The notes: generated from the letters alone by a model not told the origin. A stretch of 64,000 nt of DNA from Myxococcota bacterium (GCA_039194325.1 JBCCWC010000008.1:32001-96000), one strand, 5' to 3'; counted from the stretch's first letter, positions 9,295 through 20,578 are shown. A program made the numbers and translations.

Positions 9295-10769
9295 GACGAA
9301 CTCTCCTCGCTCGCACTAGCGGATGGATCGGGCGGGGACTCGTCCTGGCTTTCTTGCTCGTCCTGGCCCTCCTGGGTAACCGCTCCAACCGCGACCTCGG
9401 GCGGCGAACCGCCAGCGGCTCCCACGGCCCGATGCCCCTCAGCGGCCAGCGTGTCGTCGGCACCGTCCGGCGGGGCATGATGCACGCTCCCCGAGCTCCC
9501 CGCCGCTCGATCATCCTCGCCAACTTCATCCACGGGCACCGTGTAGAGCTCTCCGGCGTCAGCCAGTACCCGCCGCACGGCCCGATGGCTCCATAGGTCG
9601 CTCAGCACCAAGCCACCGAGCACCGCGGTGAGCACCACGCCCGCCCGCTGGGGAGCATGCACCGCATAGCTAAGCGCGATGGCGACCGCAAAGCCCCCCT
9701 GCCCCACCATCCCCAAGCCCAGCCGCGGCACCCGTGGTTGGTCGGGCCCGCGCTCGCCCTGCACCAGCCCCCCGGTCAACCAGCGAACCGCCAGTCGCAC
9801 CGTCGCATAGAGCGGAGGCAACAGCCACGCCAGCCCGCGCACCCCCACCCAGGCCGCCCCCGCAAAGACCCGCACCATCACCAGCGAAGGATGTCGTAGC
9901 CGAAGCACCGTGCGCTCTACGTGACGCGCGTACATCGGGCTGAGCGAGACGCACGCCCCCGCGATCAAGTTGACCACCAACGGCGTCACGTCCAGCGCGG
10001 TCCCGACTCCGCTGGCGAAGGTCACCACGCCGACCGCCGCGATGTAGATCCGCATGGACTCGCGCTCCGAGCCGATGAACTGGATGAACAGCAGACCGCA
10101 CAGGATCCCAAACCCCGCGATCCCCACCACCCACGCCCAGATCGGAATCTGCAGCTCGGCCGCCGACTCGGATGCCCGTGCCGACGCCATGACCCCCCCG
10201 AACACAGCCAGGGCCACCAGCTGGCTCACCAGCCCCTGCTCGGCGAGGGCCTCGTAGGCCGGGCCGCGAGCCCGCAGCACCCGCGCCGAGTCGGAGATCA
10301 GCACCGGCGACGAAACCGCGGCACAACACCCGATCGTACCCGCCAGCCGCAGGTTGTCGGACGAGGCCGCCACGCTGAGCAATCGATCTCCCAAGGGCAG
10401 CGTCCCGTAGGTCACCGTGTCGGTCCCCTCCCCGATCGCTTCGATGAGGATGAGGCAAGCCGCTCCGGTGACCACGATCACCAGCAGCGCGGAGATCGTC
10501 CCGCGGATCACGGTGCGCGGCTGCGTGAGGATCTCCCGCGCTTGCAGCCCCTTGACGAACCCCAGCAGCCCCAATTGCAGCGCGATCAAGGGCGCGAAGG
10601 CCTTCAGCGCACCGGCGTCGAGGACCGTGAAGATCGGCCCCAGCAAGATCCCCAGCAAGATGTACTCGACGCCAGAGACCACGAAATAGCGCGCGACATA
10701 GCGCGCGAGCACCCGGCTGATCGCAAAGGCGAACACGACCAGCCCGACCAGGAGGATGGTGGTGTTCAT
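9291..10769 (-). CDS. Cation:proton antiporter-like multi-pass membrane protein
   Basis: SGVEYILLGILLGP, SSP, GQGGFAVAIAL; ~12 hydrophobic segments; acidic tail; 4-nt overlap with the next gene. Confidence 0.7.
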   Translation of the reverse strand: MNTTILLVGLVVFAFAISRVLARYVARYFVVSGVEYILLGILLGPIFTVLDAGALKAFAPLIALQLGLLGFVKGLQAREILTQPRTVIRGTISALLVIVVTGAACLILIEAIGEGTDTVTYGTLPLGDRLLSVAASSDNLRLAGTIGCCAAVSSPVLISDSARVLRARGPAYEALAEQGLVSQLVALAVFGGVMASARASESAAELQIPIWAWVVGIAGFGILCGLLFIQFIGSERESMRIYIAAVGVVTFASGVGTALDVTPLVVNLIAGACVSLSPMYARHVERTVLRLRHPSLVMVRVFAGAAWVGVRGLAWLLPPLYATVRLAVRWLTGGLVQGERGPDQPRVPRLGLGMVGQGGFAVAIALSYAVHAPQRAGVVLTAVLGGLVLSDLWSHRAVRRVLADAGELYTVPVDEVGEDDRAAGSSGSVHHAPPDGADDTLAAEGHRAVGAAGGSPPEVAVGAVTQEGQDEQESQDESPPDPSASASEESSS

Positions 10770-10860
10770 CGAAGGATGGAGGCAGCCCTGGGCATGCGCC
10801 TGCTAGATCCATACCGCAGATCTCACCGCCGCCGCTCACCGCTAGCGGCCCTGACCAAAC

Positions 10861-10890
10861 AAAAGGGCCCGGAGCGATGCTCCGGGCCCC
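10861..10890 (-). terminator. Rho-independent terminator after the sigma factor gene
   Basis: Minus strand reads GGGCCCGGAGC-ATC-GCTCCGGGCCC followed by TTTTGTTT. Confidence 0.8.
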
Positions 10891-10926
10891 CTGAGCGCCC
10901 GACCGTGCCGGCGCCCGACCTCGACG

Positions 10927-12300
10927 CTATGCGGCTTCTCTCATCCGGCGACGCATGTGCTCGAGCGCCAGCACCTGCAGCTGGCGAATGCGCTCGCGAG
11001 ACAGGGAGTACTGCTCTCCGATCTCGGCCAGCGTGCGCGGCTCCTGACCGTCGAGACCGAAGCGCTGCCGCAAGATGTCGCGCTCCATCGGCGCGAGCTC
11101 GAGCAGGGCGGCTCGCATCTGTTCCTCGGCTCGCTGCATGTCCAGCCGCTCGCCCGGTGACTGCTCCTCGGGCACCGACAAGAGGTCGGCCACCGACCGC
11201 GGGTCGTCGACCGACACCCGCGCGTCGAGGCTGATGGGCTGGTTGGCCAGCGCTCGGGTGGCCGCGACGACCTTCTCGACGCTGGTGCCCACCGCCTCGG
11301 CCAGCTCGGCGTCGAGCGGGTTGCGACCCAGCTGCCCTCGCAGCCGCCGTCGCGTCTTGGCGAGCTTCTGCGCCAGCGTGTGTAGGTGCTGCGGGACTCG
11401 AACGGTACGCCCCCGGTTGACCATGGCCCGCCGCATGGTGTGCCGGATCCACCAGCTGGCGTAGGTCGAGAACCGAAAGCCCCGGGCGGGCTCGAAGCGA
11501 TCGACCGCCTTGAGCAGGCCGATGTTGCCCTCCTGGATCAGATCGGTGAGCGACAGCCCCGTACCACGCAGGCGATTGGCCATGCGAACGACCAGCCGCA
11601 GGTTGGCCCGAGCGAACTGATTACGAGCCATCCGGAGCGCCACCGCCGAGCTGCGAACACCCGCCAGGTACTGCGCATAGGGACGACTGCCTCGTCGCGG
11701 TGGATGCACCGCCAACCGAACACCCTGACGCGAGCCCTGCGACAGCTGCTCGAGATCGGCTGCCACCTGGTCGGCGAGCAAGCACTCCTGATCGCGAGCG
11801 GCGAGCTTGGCCGCTAGCTCCCGCACCGCCTGGTCCAACGCATCACGGGTTCCCTTACGGTCTCGCTCTCGCACCGCGACCGCCGCCGCGGACGCGACCG
11901 TCGCCGCATCGGCGAGCTCTGGGTCGGTTCCATTCGCCGCGGTTCCATTCGCCGCGGTTCCATTCGCCGCAGTTCCATTCGCCGCGGTTCCATTCGCCGC
12001 GGTTCCATTCGCCGTGAGCTCGTCCCGAACGACCGCGGCGATCGCCTCGACGTACGGCGGGTACGCCATCAGCTGACGCCAGTACGCATCACGCAGTTGA
12101 ACGATCTGTTCCGCCCGCTGGCGCTCTTCGGCGGGCGTCATCAGGGGATGTCGCGAGACATCCCGCATGTAGGCACCAAGCGACAACTCGCCGCCTGGCC
12201 CCTCGGCGATACCGCTCGCCTTCGACCGACGACCCGCGGTGGAAACCGGCGAGAGGTCGGTGCGGGTGCGATGTTGGTCGGTGGTCTTGGACGCGGACAT
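10927..12300 (-). CDS. Alternative RNA polymerase sigma-70 factor (RpoD/SigA-like, lacking region 1.1)
   Basis: [70 protein letters not shown]. Start set at ATG 12300, preceded by AGGAGG. Confidence 0.9.
   Translation of the reverse strand: MSASKTTDQHRTRTDLSPVSTAGRRSKASGIAEGPGGELSLGAYMRDVSRHPLMTPAEERQRAEQIVQLRDAYWRQLMAYPPYVEAIAAVVRDELTANGTAANGTAANGTAANGTAANGTAANGTDPELADAATVASAAAVAVRERDRKGTRDALDQAVRELAAKLAARDQECLLADQVAADLEQLSQGSRQGVRLAVHPPRRGSRPYAQYLAGVRSSAVALRMARNQFARANLRLVVRMANRLRGTGLSLTDLIQEGNIGLLKAVDRFEPARGFRFSTYASWWIRHTMRRAMVNRGRTVRVPQHLHTLAQKLAKTRRRLRGQLGRNPLDAELAEAVGTSVEKVVAATRALANQPISLDARVSVDDPRSVADLLSVPEEQSPGERLDMQRAEEQMRAALLELAPMERDILRQRFGLDGQEPRTLAEIGEQYSLSRERIRQLQVLALEHMRRRMREAA
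11926..12014. repeat. 15-bp in-frame tandem repeat, ~6 copies, encoding (ANGTA)n inside the sigma factor
   Basis: GGTTCCATTCGCCGC units read directly. Confidence 0.95.
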
Positions 12301-12737
12301 GGCTTGCCTCCTAGTCATCAGGGACCTCCGTCCTTGCTCGGACATTTCTCGGTCGCCGTTAACCGCGCGTAAACAACGCGTGGTCGCTCGAGGGAACGAA
12401 TGAGCCTTCGTACCCAGGAGTACGAAACGAGACCCCCCTTCGGTTTCCTCGGAAGCAGCTCGCATCGACCAAAAGCGATGCGCGATCACGGGTCGAACGG
12501 GTAGAAGGGGGGTCGCAGTTCCGGTGAAACTAGTGTAGTCCCGGTAGGTTGCGAGGCAACCCCCACGAGGGAATTCACCGCCCCAATCGCCGTGCACGAC
12601 CCTCGACGAAGGGATGACGATAGTGGCGGATCCCCACGGCGCAGCCGTCGCGCGCGCCGGTACGGACGACCCCGACGGGTAACCCCTGGTCTGAGTCGCA
12701 TGTCGACGATGTCAACCCGCGATCACGAAATTCGTCG

Positions 12738-13646
12738 TTATTGGATCGATTCCCGGATCGGCTCTAGCGGCTCCGGGGTCGATTCCTCGATCGGTCGGGT
12801 GTCGTGGAACCGCACGTAGTTGATCCGTAGCCGCCCGTCCTCGGTGTAGTCCACGATGTCGACGAAGCGATGTCCCCATTTGATGTCCTTGGCCTCGTAG
12901 ATGTGCCGTGCATGCACCGTCTGCGAGAAGGTGCCATCGATCCCGGTCATCGACACGATGAAGCGTACGTGATCTTCGGTCAACGATGGGGGACTGCGGC
13001 CGTAAAGCGGACTGTCTTCGTCGATCTCGTGGATGACCGTCCACGTCATCGCGAACATCGGAGTCGTGGAGCGCAACAGCGGAAGATCGACCAGCCTCCG
13101 CATTGTCTCGCCCTCGGCGGTCACCTCCGGGACCAGGGTCGCGACCCGCAGCGAGGCCTCGATGAGCTCGTTGCCCCGTGCGTTGCCCACTCGAAAGACG
13201 AGCGCGGGCTTACCATTGCGCGGGCTGATGAGCATGTTGTCGGTGAACAGCACCTTGGCCCGAGGCCGCGAGAACTTGGCGAACACCAGGCCGGTGGCGA
13301 GCGCGGTGCCCAGCAAGCCCAGCATGGCCTCGAAGGTGACCAGGGTGTGCACCGCCCCACTGGTGGGGGCCAGCGTTCCATAGCCGATCGTGGAGATCGT
13401 CTGCACGCTGAACGCAAAGGCATCGCCAAAGCTCCCCGCCTCCGCGTCGCTGATCCCCCGAAACTGCATCATGTACAGGCAGGCGAAGCCGAGGTTGGCC
13501 AGCAGGTAGCACCCCCCGAACAACCCGATGAGCAGCCACCACGAGCCACGCATGAGGTGGTAGTAGAGATCGGTCCATAGACTCAAGCGCAGACCGATGC
13601 GGATCGCGTTCTGCGGATCCGACGGAAGGCGAGCCGGGGGGGCCAT
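12738..13646 (-). CDS. Inward-rectifier potassium channel (KirBac-like)
   Basis: DLYYHLM..WW, FAFSVQTISTIGYG filter, FAKFSRP, WTVIHEIDEDSPLYG, WGHRFVD. Start uncertain (13646 or 13676). Confidence 0.92.
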   Translation of the reverse strand: MAPPARLPSDPQNAIRIGLRLSLWTDLYYHLMRGSWWLLIGLFGGCYLLANLGFACLYMMQFRGISDAEAGSFGDAFAFSVQTISTIGYGTLAPTSGAVHTLVTFEAMLGLLGTALATGLVFAKFSRPRAKVLFTDNMLISPRNGKPALVFRVGNARGNELIEASLRVATLVPEVTAEGETMRRLVDLPLLRSTTPMFAMTWTVIHEIDEDSPLYGRSPPSLTEDHVRFIVSMTGIDGTFSQTVHARHIYEAKDIKWGHRFVDIVDYTEDGRLRINYVRFHDTRPIEESTPEPLEPIRESIQ

Positions 13647-13744
13647 GACCGCAGCTTTGCCCCAAGGCCCCGGCATTCACCAAAAAAATCGACCAATGGG
13701 ATCCCGTGGAGCTTTGTCGGCGGTCCTGCTAGCGTCGCCGCCCC

Positions 13745-14908
<1,164 letters not shown>

Positions 14909-15139
14909 ACGATCGCTCGTCGGCGAGCGGCTCACGCGGACTCGTCGCCGAGGGACCGGGCAGCGCCAGGTGCGCGGGTTCTCTCGGGCGCTCGACCATT
15001 CCCGCGACCATGCCCGCGACCATGGCACACCGGCGACATCGTGCGCCCAACTCTGCGCCACAATGGGAAATTCGTGGACCCGCCCTCTGATGCTCCCGAT
15101 CATGGTCGAGGTTCAGGGGACCAAGACGGGGCCGCGACG

Positions 15140-16981
15140 ATGCACCAACGGATGAACAAAGCGGAAAGATCCCACGCGGGGCGTCACGTACAGCCTCGAG
15201 CATGGCCTCGAGCATGTACGTTCGCGATCGTGCTGGCCTCGACCGGGTGCGCCGACGACGGCGGATCGGCGACGGGGACCACCAGCACGACCACCGGACC
15301 GACCGGATCGTCGGCCGATGGCACCGGCAAGCCCGCACCTCCGCCCGTGCCCACCCTCGTGTCGCCGGCCAACGGAGCGCTCGACGTCTCGGTCGAGACG
15401 GAGCTGTGCTGGGGGCCGGTGATCGATCCCAATGGTGATCCGGTACGGTATCGGATCTTCGTCGACGACAACGAGCTGACCGAGGGCAAGCTCGACCAAG
15501 AAGGTCACGCCGGGCCGTGCATCGGGCCGCTGAACTTCAACTACGATCAGCAGTACCTGTGGCAGGTCCAGGCCTTCGATCCCGACGATCCCACCAGTGA
15601 GTCCGAGCGTAGCGAGCCGTGGTCGTTCCGCACCGAGACGGACGGGCTGTCGGTGAGCGTGTTCGAGGATCCCTTCGACGAAGACCTGGGCTGGGAGCCA
15701 GGCGGCGATGCGCTGAGCGGAGCGTGGATGCGGGGCAACCCGGCCCCGACCACGTGGCTGGGCATGGTCGCGCAGCCCGACGACTGCGCCGGCGGGCAAT
15801 CGTGTGTATTCACCGGTCAGAACGTGCAGGGTGATCCCCAGAACGCAGACGTCCACGGGGGCACCACCACCCTCACCTCCCCCGCGTTCGATCTCAGCCC
15901 CTACGAGGCCGCCACGGTCACCCTGAGCCGCTTCGTGTTCAAGTCGGAGTATCCACAGACGGGCACCCTGTTCCGCGTGGAGCTGCTGGTTCCCGACGAC
16001 GAGCAGCCCGAGGGATTTGAGGTGTTCGTACTCGAGCAGATCGAGCTGCTCTCCGACTCGGTCGAGCCCGTCAACTCGTGGACCCCGCGAGAGTATGCGG
16101 CGTGCAACGTGCCCATGGCCGACGGCTCACGCCTGCGGCTGGTGGCCACCGACCTGGGCGAGGGCGTAATGGAGGCCGCGGTGGACTCGGTGGAGGTTCA
16201 CGGCCAGCTCTCCGGCAGCATGTGCGAAGGCGGGCTGGGCGCAGTGTGTGATCCCAGCGTGGACGACCCCTGCGCGAACGACCTGCTGTGCTGCGCCCAG
16301 GGAGTGGTCAACAAGGGCGTCTACCGGTGCTCGGCGCCGGTCCCCTCGATCGCCTATCCCGATCCGGGAGGGCCGATCGGGACCATGAACGGCCCGATGG
16401 GCTGCGATGCGCCCGATCTGTTCGTCGAGCCGGAGGGCATGGATCCCTACGAAGAAGAGCGGTTCTTCAGCGAGGGAGATTGCGAGATCTACGAGGGCTG
16501 CGTGCCCGAGCCCGGATTTCGTCGGTTGCTGCGCTTCGACACTCGTACCCCCAACGCAGGCTCGCAAGACCTGGTGATGGGCGTACCGAGCAACCACCCC
16601 GATCTCTTTCACTACAGCGAGTGCCACGATCACTATCACTTCGACGGCTACGCCTACTACGATCTGCTAGATCTCAACGGGACGGTGGTCGCGACCGGCC
16701 ACAAACAGGCGTTCTGCCTGCTCGACTGGACGCCGTGGGCATGGAGCGATTTCGGAGGGGACTACACCTGCTCCAACCAGGGGATCAGCCTGGGCTGGGA
16801 AGATGTCTACGGCAGCTATCTCGACTGTCAGTATGTCGACATCACCGACGTCCCCCCCGGCGACTACCTGCTGCGCGTCGCGGTCAACCTGCCACTTCCC
16901 GGTACCACAGTCGCACCGCTCGTCGAGCGCAATTACGACAACAACGTGCTCGAGGTGCCGGTGACCATCACCGGCATGTGA
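15140..16981 (+). CDS. Lipoprotein with an FN3/Ig-like region and a C-terminal lysyl oxidase domain
   Basis: Lipobox-like LASTGC; Cu-binding CHDHYH; GHKQAFCLLD; QGISLGWEDVY..LDCQYVDITDVPPGDYLLRVAVN; NYDNN. Start uncertain. Confidence 0.85.
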   Translation: MHQRMNKAERSHAGRHVQPRAWPRACTFAIVLASTGCADDGGSATGTTSTTTGPTGSSADGTGKPAPPPVPTLVSPANGALDVSVETELCWGPVIDPNGDPVRYRIFVDDNELTEGKLDQEGHAGPCIGPLNFNYDQQYLWQVQAFDPDDPTSESERSEPWSFRTETDGLSVSVFEDPFDEDLGWEPGGDALSGAWMRGNPAPTTWLGMVAQPDDCAGGQSCVFTGQNVQGDPQNADVHGGTTTLTSPAFDLSPYEAATVTLSRFVFKSEYPQTGTLFRVELLVPDDEQPEGFEVFVLEQIELLSDSVEPVNSWTPREYAACNVPMADGSRLRLVATDLGEGVMEAAVDSVEVHGQLSGSMCEGGLGAVCDPSVDDPCANDLLCCAQGVVNKGVYRCSAPVPSIAYPDPGGPIGTMNGPMGCDAPDLFVEPEGMDPYEEERFFSEGDCEIYEGCVPEPGFRRLLRFDTRTPNAGSQDLVMGVPSNHPDLFHYSECHDHYHFDGYAYYDLLDLNGTVVATGHKQAFCLLDWTPWAWSDFGGDYTCSNQGISLGWEDVYGSYLDCQYVDITDVPPGDYLLRVAVNLPLPGTTVAPLVERNYDNNVLEVPVTITGM

Positions 16982-16987
16982 CCCACT

Positions 16988-17027
16988 CGCCTACTGCCCC
17001 GCCTACTGCCCCGCCTACTGCCCCGCC
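16988..17027. repeat. 12-bp tandem repeat (CGCCTACTGCCC x3) just after the stop codon
   Basis: Read directly. Confidence 0.85.
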
Positions 17028-17124
17028 CACCACCAGTCGCATCGGCAGGCTCGAAAACGCCCGACTCTCGGCGTCACCGCCAAGATCATAGCCCGGCTCA
17101 CCAGCCATTCGGGCTATCGTCGTC

Positions 17125-17868
17125 GTGATGCGGATTATCGTTCTGTTGCCCGGGCTGAGCTTGCTATGGGCATGCACTCCATCCCCGACCGAGATCACCA
17201 CCGATTCCTCACCCACCGGGTCGTCCACGGCCGGCACGATGACGTCAGCCGACTCCACGGCCGGGGCTACGATGGCGACCACCGGACCGGTGTGTCCCCC
17301 GGTGCCGCCGGATGGCGGGACCTATGAGTCGTGTCCGGGGCTGTGCGGCGGGGGAGGTCAGTGCCTGTACGAGGTGGGGGAATACGCGGTCTGCACCCGC
17401 GGCTGCTTCATGGATTGCGACTGCTGGGCGACTCCTGGGGGGGATGCGCCGGCGCGCTGCAATAACACGTTGCTGGAGAACACCAGCCTGTGCGTGCTCG
17501 ACTGCTCGAGTGGTCAAAGCTGTCCCGGGGACATGTTCTGTGTGACCGATCTAGGCATCTGTGCGCACGAGTACCCGCAGAGCGCCGAGTCCACCGATGG
17601 GAGCAGCTCGGGCAGTAGCTCGGGCAGCAGCTCGGGCAGTAGCTCGGGCGACAGCGGCACGACCGACACGGGCAGCGACAGCGGCACGACCGACACGGGC
17701 ACGAGCACCGGAACGGGCACCACCGATACGGGCACCGGCTCCACCGGTGATATGTCGTCCAGCGGCTCCACCGGCGGGTCGTCCAGCGGCTCCACCGGTG
17801 ATATGTCGTCCAGCGGCGACATGGGATCCAGTAGCTCGACCGGCGGAGGTTCGTCGTCGTCGACGTGA
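17125..17868 (+). CDS. Cys-rich lipoprotein with a Ser/Thr/Gly low-complexity tail
   Basis: Lipobox LWAC, ~12 Cys, SSSG/TTDTG repeats. Confidence 0.75.
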   Translation: MMRIIVLLPGLSLLWACTPSPTEITTDSSPTGSSTAGTMTSADSTAGATMATTGPVCPPVPPDGGTYESCPGLCGGGGQCLYEVGEYAVCTRGCFMDCDCWATPGGDAPARCNNTLLENTSLCVLDCSSGQSCPGDMFCVTDLGICAHEYPQSAESTDGSSSGSSSGSSSGSSSGDSGTTDTGSDSGTTDTGTSTGTGTTDTGTGSTGDMSSSGSTGGSSSGSTGDMSSSGDMGSSSSTGGGSSSST

Positions 17869-17906
17869 CGCTTGCGCGCTGAGCAACGACGCGCCAGCCT
17901 CCCACC

Positions 17907-19049
17907 ATGCGCACCTGGCTGCTGCTTACGACGATGGCCGCAGCCTGCGGCCAGACACCACCGCTCGCGTCCGAGCGGGGCGATGCATCGGCCACCGAAG
18001 CGCAGTCCAGCGCGGCCGCTCGTGCGCCAGCGACCCGCTCCGAGCCCCCCGGCTCGAACACCCCGCTCTCCGCCAGCTCCGAATCCACCGGCTCGAACCC
18101 CCCGCTCTCCGCCGGCTCCGAGCCCCCCTCCCGCCCGAGCACCCCGGATCCGCTGGCCGCCGAGCCCTCGAGTTCCACCTCGAGAGGCAGCCCCACGGCG
18201 GGCAGCCTGACGGGCGGGCTGGCCCTCCCACTCCGAGCTCCGGGCCTGTTGTTCTTGCCGAGCAAGGATCCCGACTCACGCTACGGCACCGTCGAGTTGG
18301 TGCAGGGGCTGGTACGAGCGGCCGCCACCGTCGAGTCGGCTGACCCGGGCGCCCCGGTCACGGTGGGCGATCTGGCGCGGCCGCAGGGGGGCGAGATCTC
18401 CGGGCACGCGTCCCACCGCAGCGGCCGTGACGTGGATGTTCTGTTCTACCTTCAGCACGAGGACGGCCGACCGTTCGTGCCCTCCAAGTTCATCCCCCTC
18501 GACCCGCAGGGACATGGCACCGACTACGGAGATCTCGCCGACCCGGCCGACGACGTGCCCGTGGTCCTCGACATTGCCCGCACGTGGCAATTGGTGGCCG
18601 CGCTACTGGGCGACGAGCCAATGGCGATCCAAAAGATCCTCATCGTGGAGCACCTGCGCACCATGCTGCTCGAGCAAGCCCGCCGCGTCGCGGCGCCCGA
18701 GGCGATCGTGCGGCGCTTCTCCGAGGTGACCTGCCAGCCACGCTTCCCCCACGACGACCACATGCACATCCGCGTGTTCTGCAGCGCACAGGACATCGAG
18801 GCGGGATGCGAAGACACGCGACCGATCTTCCCGTGGCGACGCAAGGCCCTCGCAGCCGAAGGGGTCACGCCGGTGCTGGCGGGCAAAAAGCCCAAGACAC
18901 CGTCCAAGACCCCGCGGACGAAGAAACTCAAGACGATCGAGCAAGCCCGCGCCGAGGCCGGGCCCATGCACCAAGACGTGATCGATTTCCTGGATCGCCG
19001 ACAGACCTGGGCTCGCAAGCCGCATCCGGGACGACGCTGGTGTCGATGA
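17907..19049 (+). CDS. Penicillin-insensitive murein endopeptidase (MepA family) lipoprotein
   Basis: VGDL..GG..GHASHRSGRDVD and HDDHMHIR motifs; lipobox AAAC. Confidence 0.85.
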   Translation: MRTWLLLTTMAAACGQTPPLASERGDASATEAQSSAAARAPATRSEPPGSNTPLSASSESTGSNPPLSAGSEPPSRPSTPDPLAAEPSSSTSRGSPTAGSLTGGLALPLRAPGLLFLPSKDPDSRYGTVELVQGLVRAAATVESADPGAPVTVGDLARPQGGEISGHASHRSGRDVDVLFYLQHEDGRPFVPSKFIPLDPQGHGTDYGDLADPADDVPVVLDIARTWQLVAALLGDEPMAIQKILIVEHLRTMLLEQARRVAAPEAIVRRFSEVTCQPRFPHDDHMHIRVFCSAQDIEAGCEDTRPIFPWRRKALAAEGVTPVLAGKKPKTPSKTPRTKKLKTIEQARAEAGPMHQDVIDFLDRRQTWARKPHPGRRWCR

Positions 19050-19298
19050 GCCGGCGCTCGATACGAGGACCGAGGCTCATCGGATCGATCGTGGGCCACG
19101 AAGACCCCGGGCGCTCGCTCCTCTTGCATCAATCGAGGCGGCCAACCGCTCGCGCGGGCGGCATTTGACGCGGGCGGCGTCTCGACCACTGACTCCAACG
19201 AGCCCGAGCTTGGGCAACTCGTATGCACAGTTCGCCCAATCGCGGCGGATCCCACGAACGAGCCGACGCCAACCCCCCGAGCTCGCTACTCAACAGAC

Positions 19299-19316
19299 CT
19301 GGCCTGGCTCTTGCTT
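19299..19316 (+). promoter_or_regulatory. Putative sigma-54 (-24/-12) promoter upstream of the TPR gene
   Basis: CTGGCCTGGCTCTTGCTT = GG-N10-GC with TGGC and TTGC. Confidence 0.45.
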
Positions 19317-19429
19317 ATACGGACAAACAGCTGAACGGTCGGCCGAGACCGCGAACCCCGACACCATGTCCGTGGCCCTCTCCATTTGAACATGAGGTGC
19401 GAAGCGTGAGCAGATCGATAGAATTGGCG

Positions 19430-20485
19430 ATGGCGTGGCGTCCGGCCGAGCAAACCATGGCTCGAGCGCTCGCACACTTTGCGGCCAGGCGGTATCCGCA
19501 GGCGATCGGCGCCTTTCGCGCAACACTGAGCCTCGACCCGACGACACCGCAAGCCCGCGTGGGCATGGCCGACGCACTAGCGGCCCTCGGCCGTCACGAC
19601 GAGGCGGTGGAGGAGCTGGTCCACGCCGCCCAGAGGTCGATGGACGAGGACGAACCCAACGAGGCGATGAGCCTGTACAGCAAAGCGCTCGCCCTCGACC
19701 CGAGCCGGATGGATCTACACCTCGACGTGGCACTGGCCGAAGACGCGATGGGACGACACGAGGCGGCGGTGTGTCGAATCGAAGGGCTGGCCGGTCACTA
19801 TATGAACGATGGCCGCACGGACGAAGCGGCCGATCTGCTGCGGTTCGCGGCAACATGGGGTAAGCCCGAACCCGAGCCACCCAACGAGCCGGCCGCCGCA
19901 TCACCACACAATCCCGGGCTGGACATGCCACCAGTCCACACAGCACTCATCTCGGGGCACACGGTCATTGCCCGCAACCCCTTGCTGCCACCAACGCCAC
20001 ATCCTCTATCGGTGCCCCGAGCCGCCCCGGTGGCATCGGATGCGGTCCCGGTCCCCGTACGCTCCGATCCCGTGGGTCGCGTGGAGACGATCGCGCCGAG
20101 GCCCGAGACGAGCCCCGCACATGACGAACTCGAGATGGAGCACGAAGTCACCGTCGCTCGGTTCGCCTCGATTCCGATCCGACTCGAAGCCAGCCACGAA
20201 CCGACGCCGACCCCCCGACCCACGTCAATGGCCGTGCGACGCAGCTCGCCTCGATCGACGCTGCGCAACGACGGCGAGCCGCTCACCCGCGTCGTCCCCA
20301 ATCCCGTGGTCGAGCGCCTACGAGCCCGAGCCGGTCTGAGCCGCGCCGCATGTCCCCACGGAGTTCGGATCCGGCCAACCGCACCGCTCGCGACCCGTCC
20401 TGCACGGCGCCCCCGGCTCGACGCCGAGGATGATGCGACCGTGCGCGTCCGTCGGCCCCGTGGCCTGCCCGTCGCCACGCTGTGA
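19430..20485 (+). CDS. TPR-repeat protein with a Pro-rich disordered C-terminus
   Basis: TPR-like AIGAFRATLSLDP, LGRHDEAVEEL, AMSLYSKALALDP. Start uncertain. Confidence 0.7.
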   Translation: MAWRPAEQTMARALAHFAARRYPQAIGAFRATLSLDPTTPQARVGMADALAALGRHDEAVEELVHAAQRSMDEDEPNEAMSLYSKALALDPSRMDLHLDVALAEDAMGRHEAAVCRIEGLAGHYMNDGRTDEAADLLRFAATWGKPEPEPPNEPAAASPHNPGLDMPPVHTALISGHTVIARNPLLPPTPHPLSVPRAAPVASDAVPVPVRSDPVGRVETIAPRPETSPAHDELEMEHEVTVARFASIPIRLEASHEPTPTPRPTSMAVRRSSPRSTLRNDGEPLTRVVPNPVVERLRARAGLSRAACPHGVRIRPTAPLATRPARRPRLDAEDDATVRVRRPRGLPVATL

Positions 20486-20578
20486 CTCAAAGGTGCTCCA
20501 CGCACGATTCGAAGTGAGTCCTCTGTCTAAGGGAAACCTTGGTTTGCACGGCGCCGCAAAGCGCGGCAAAAGACGGCG

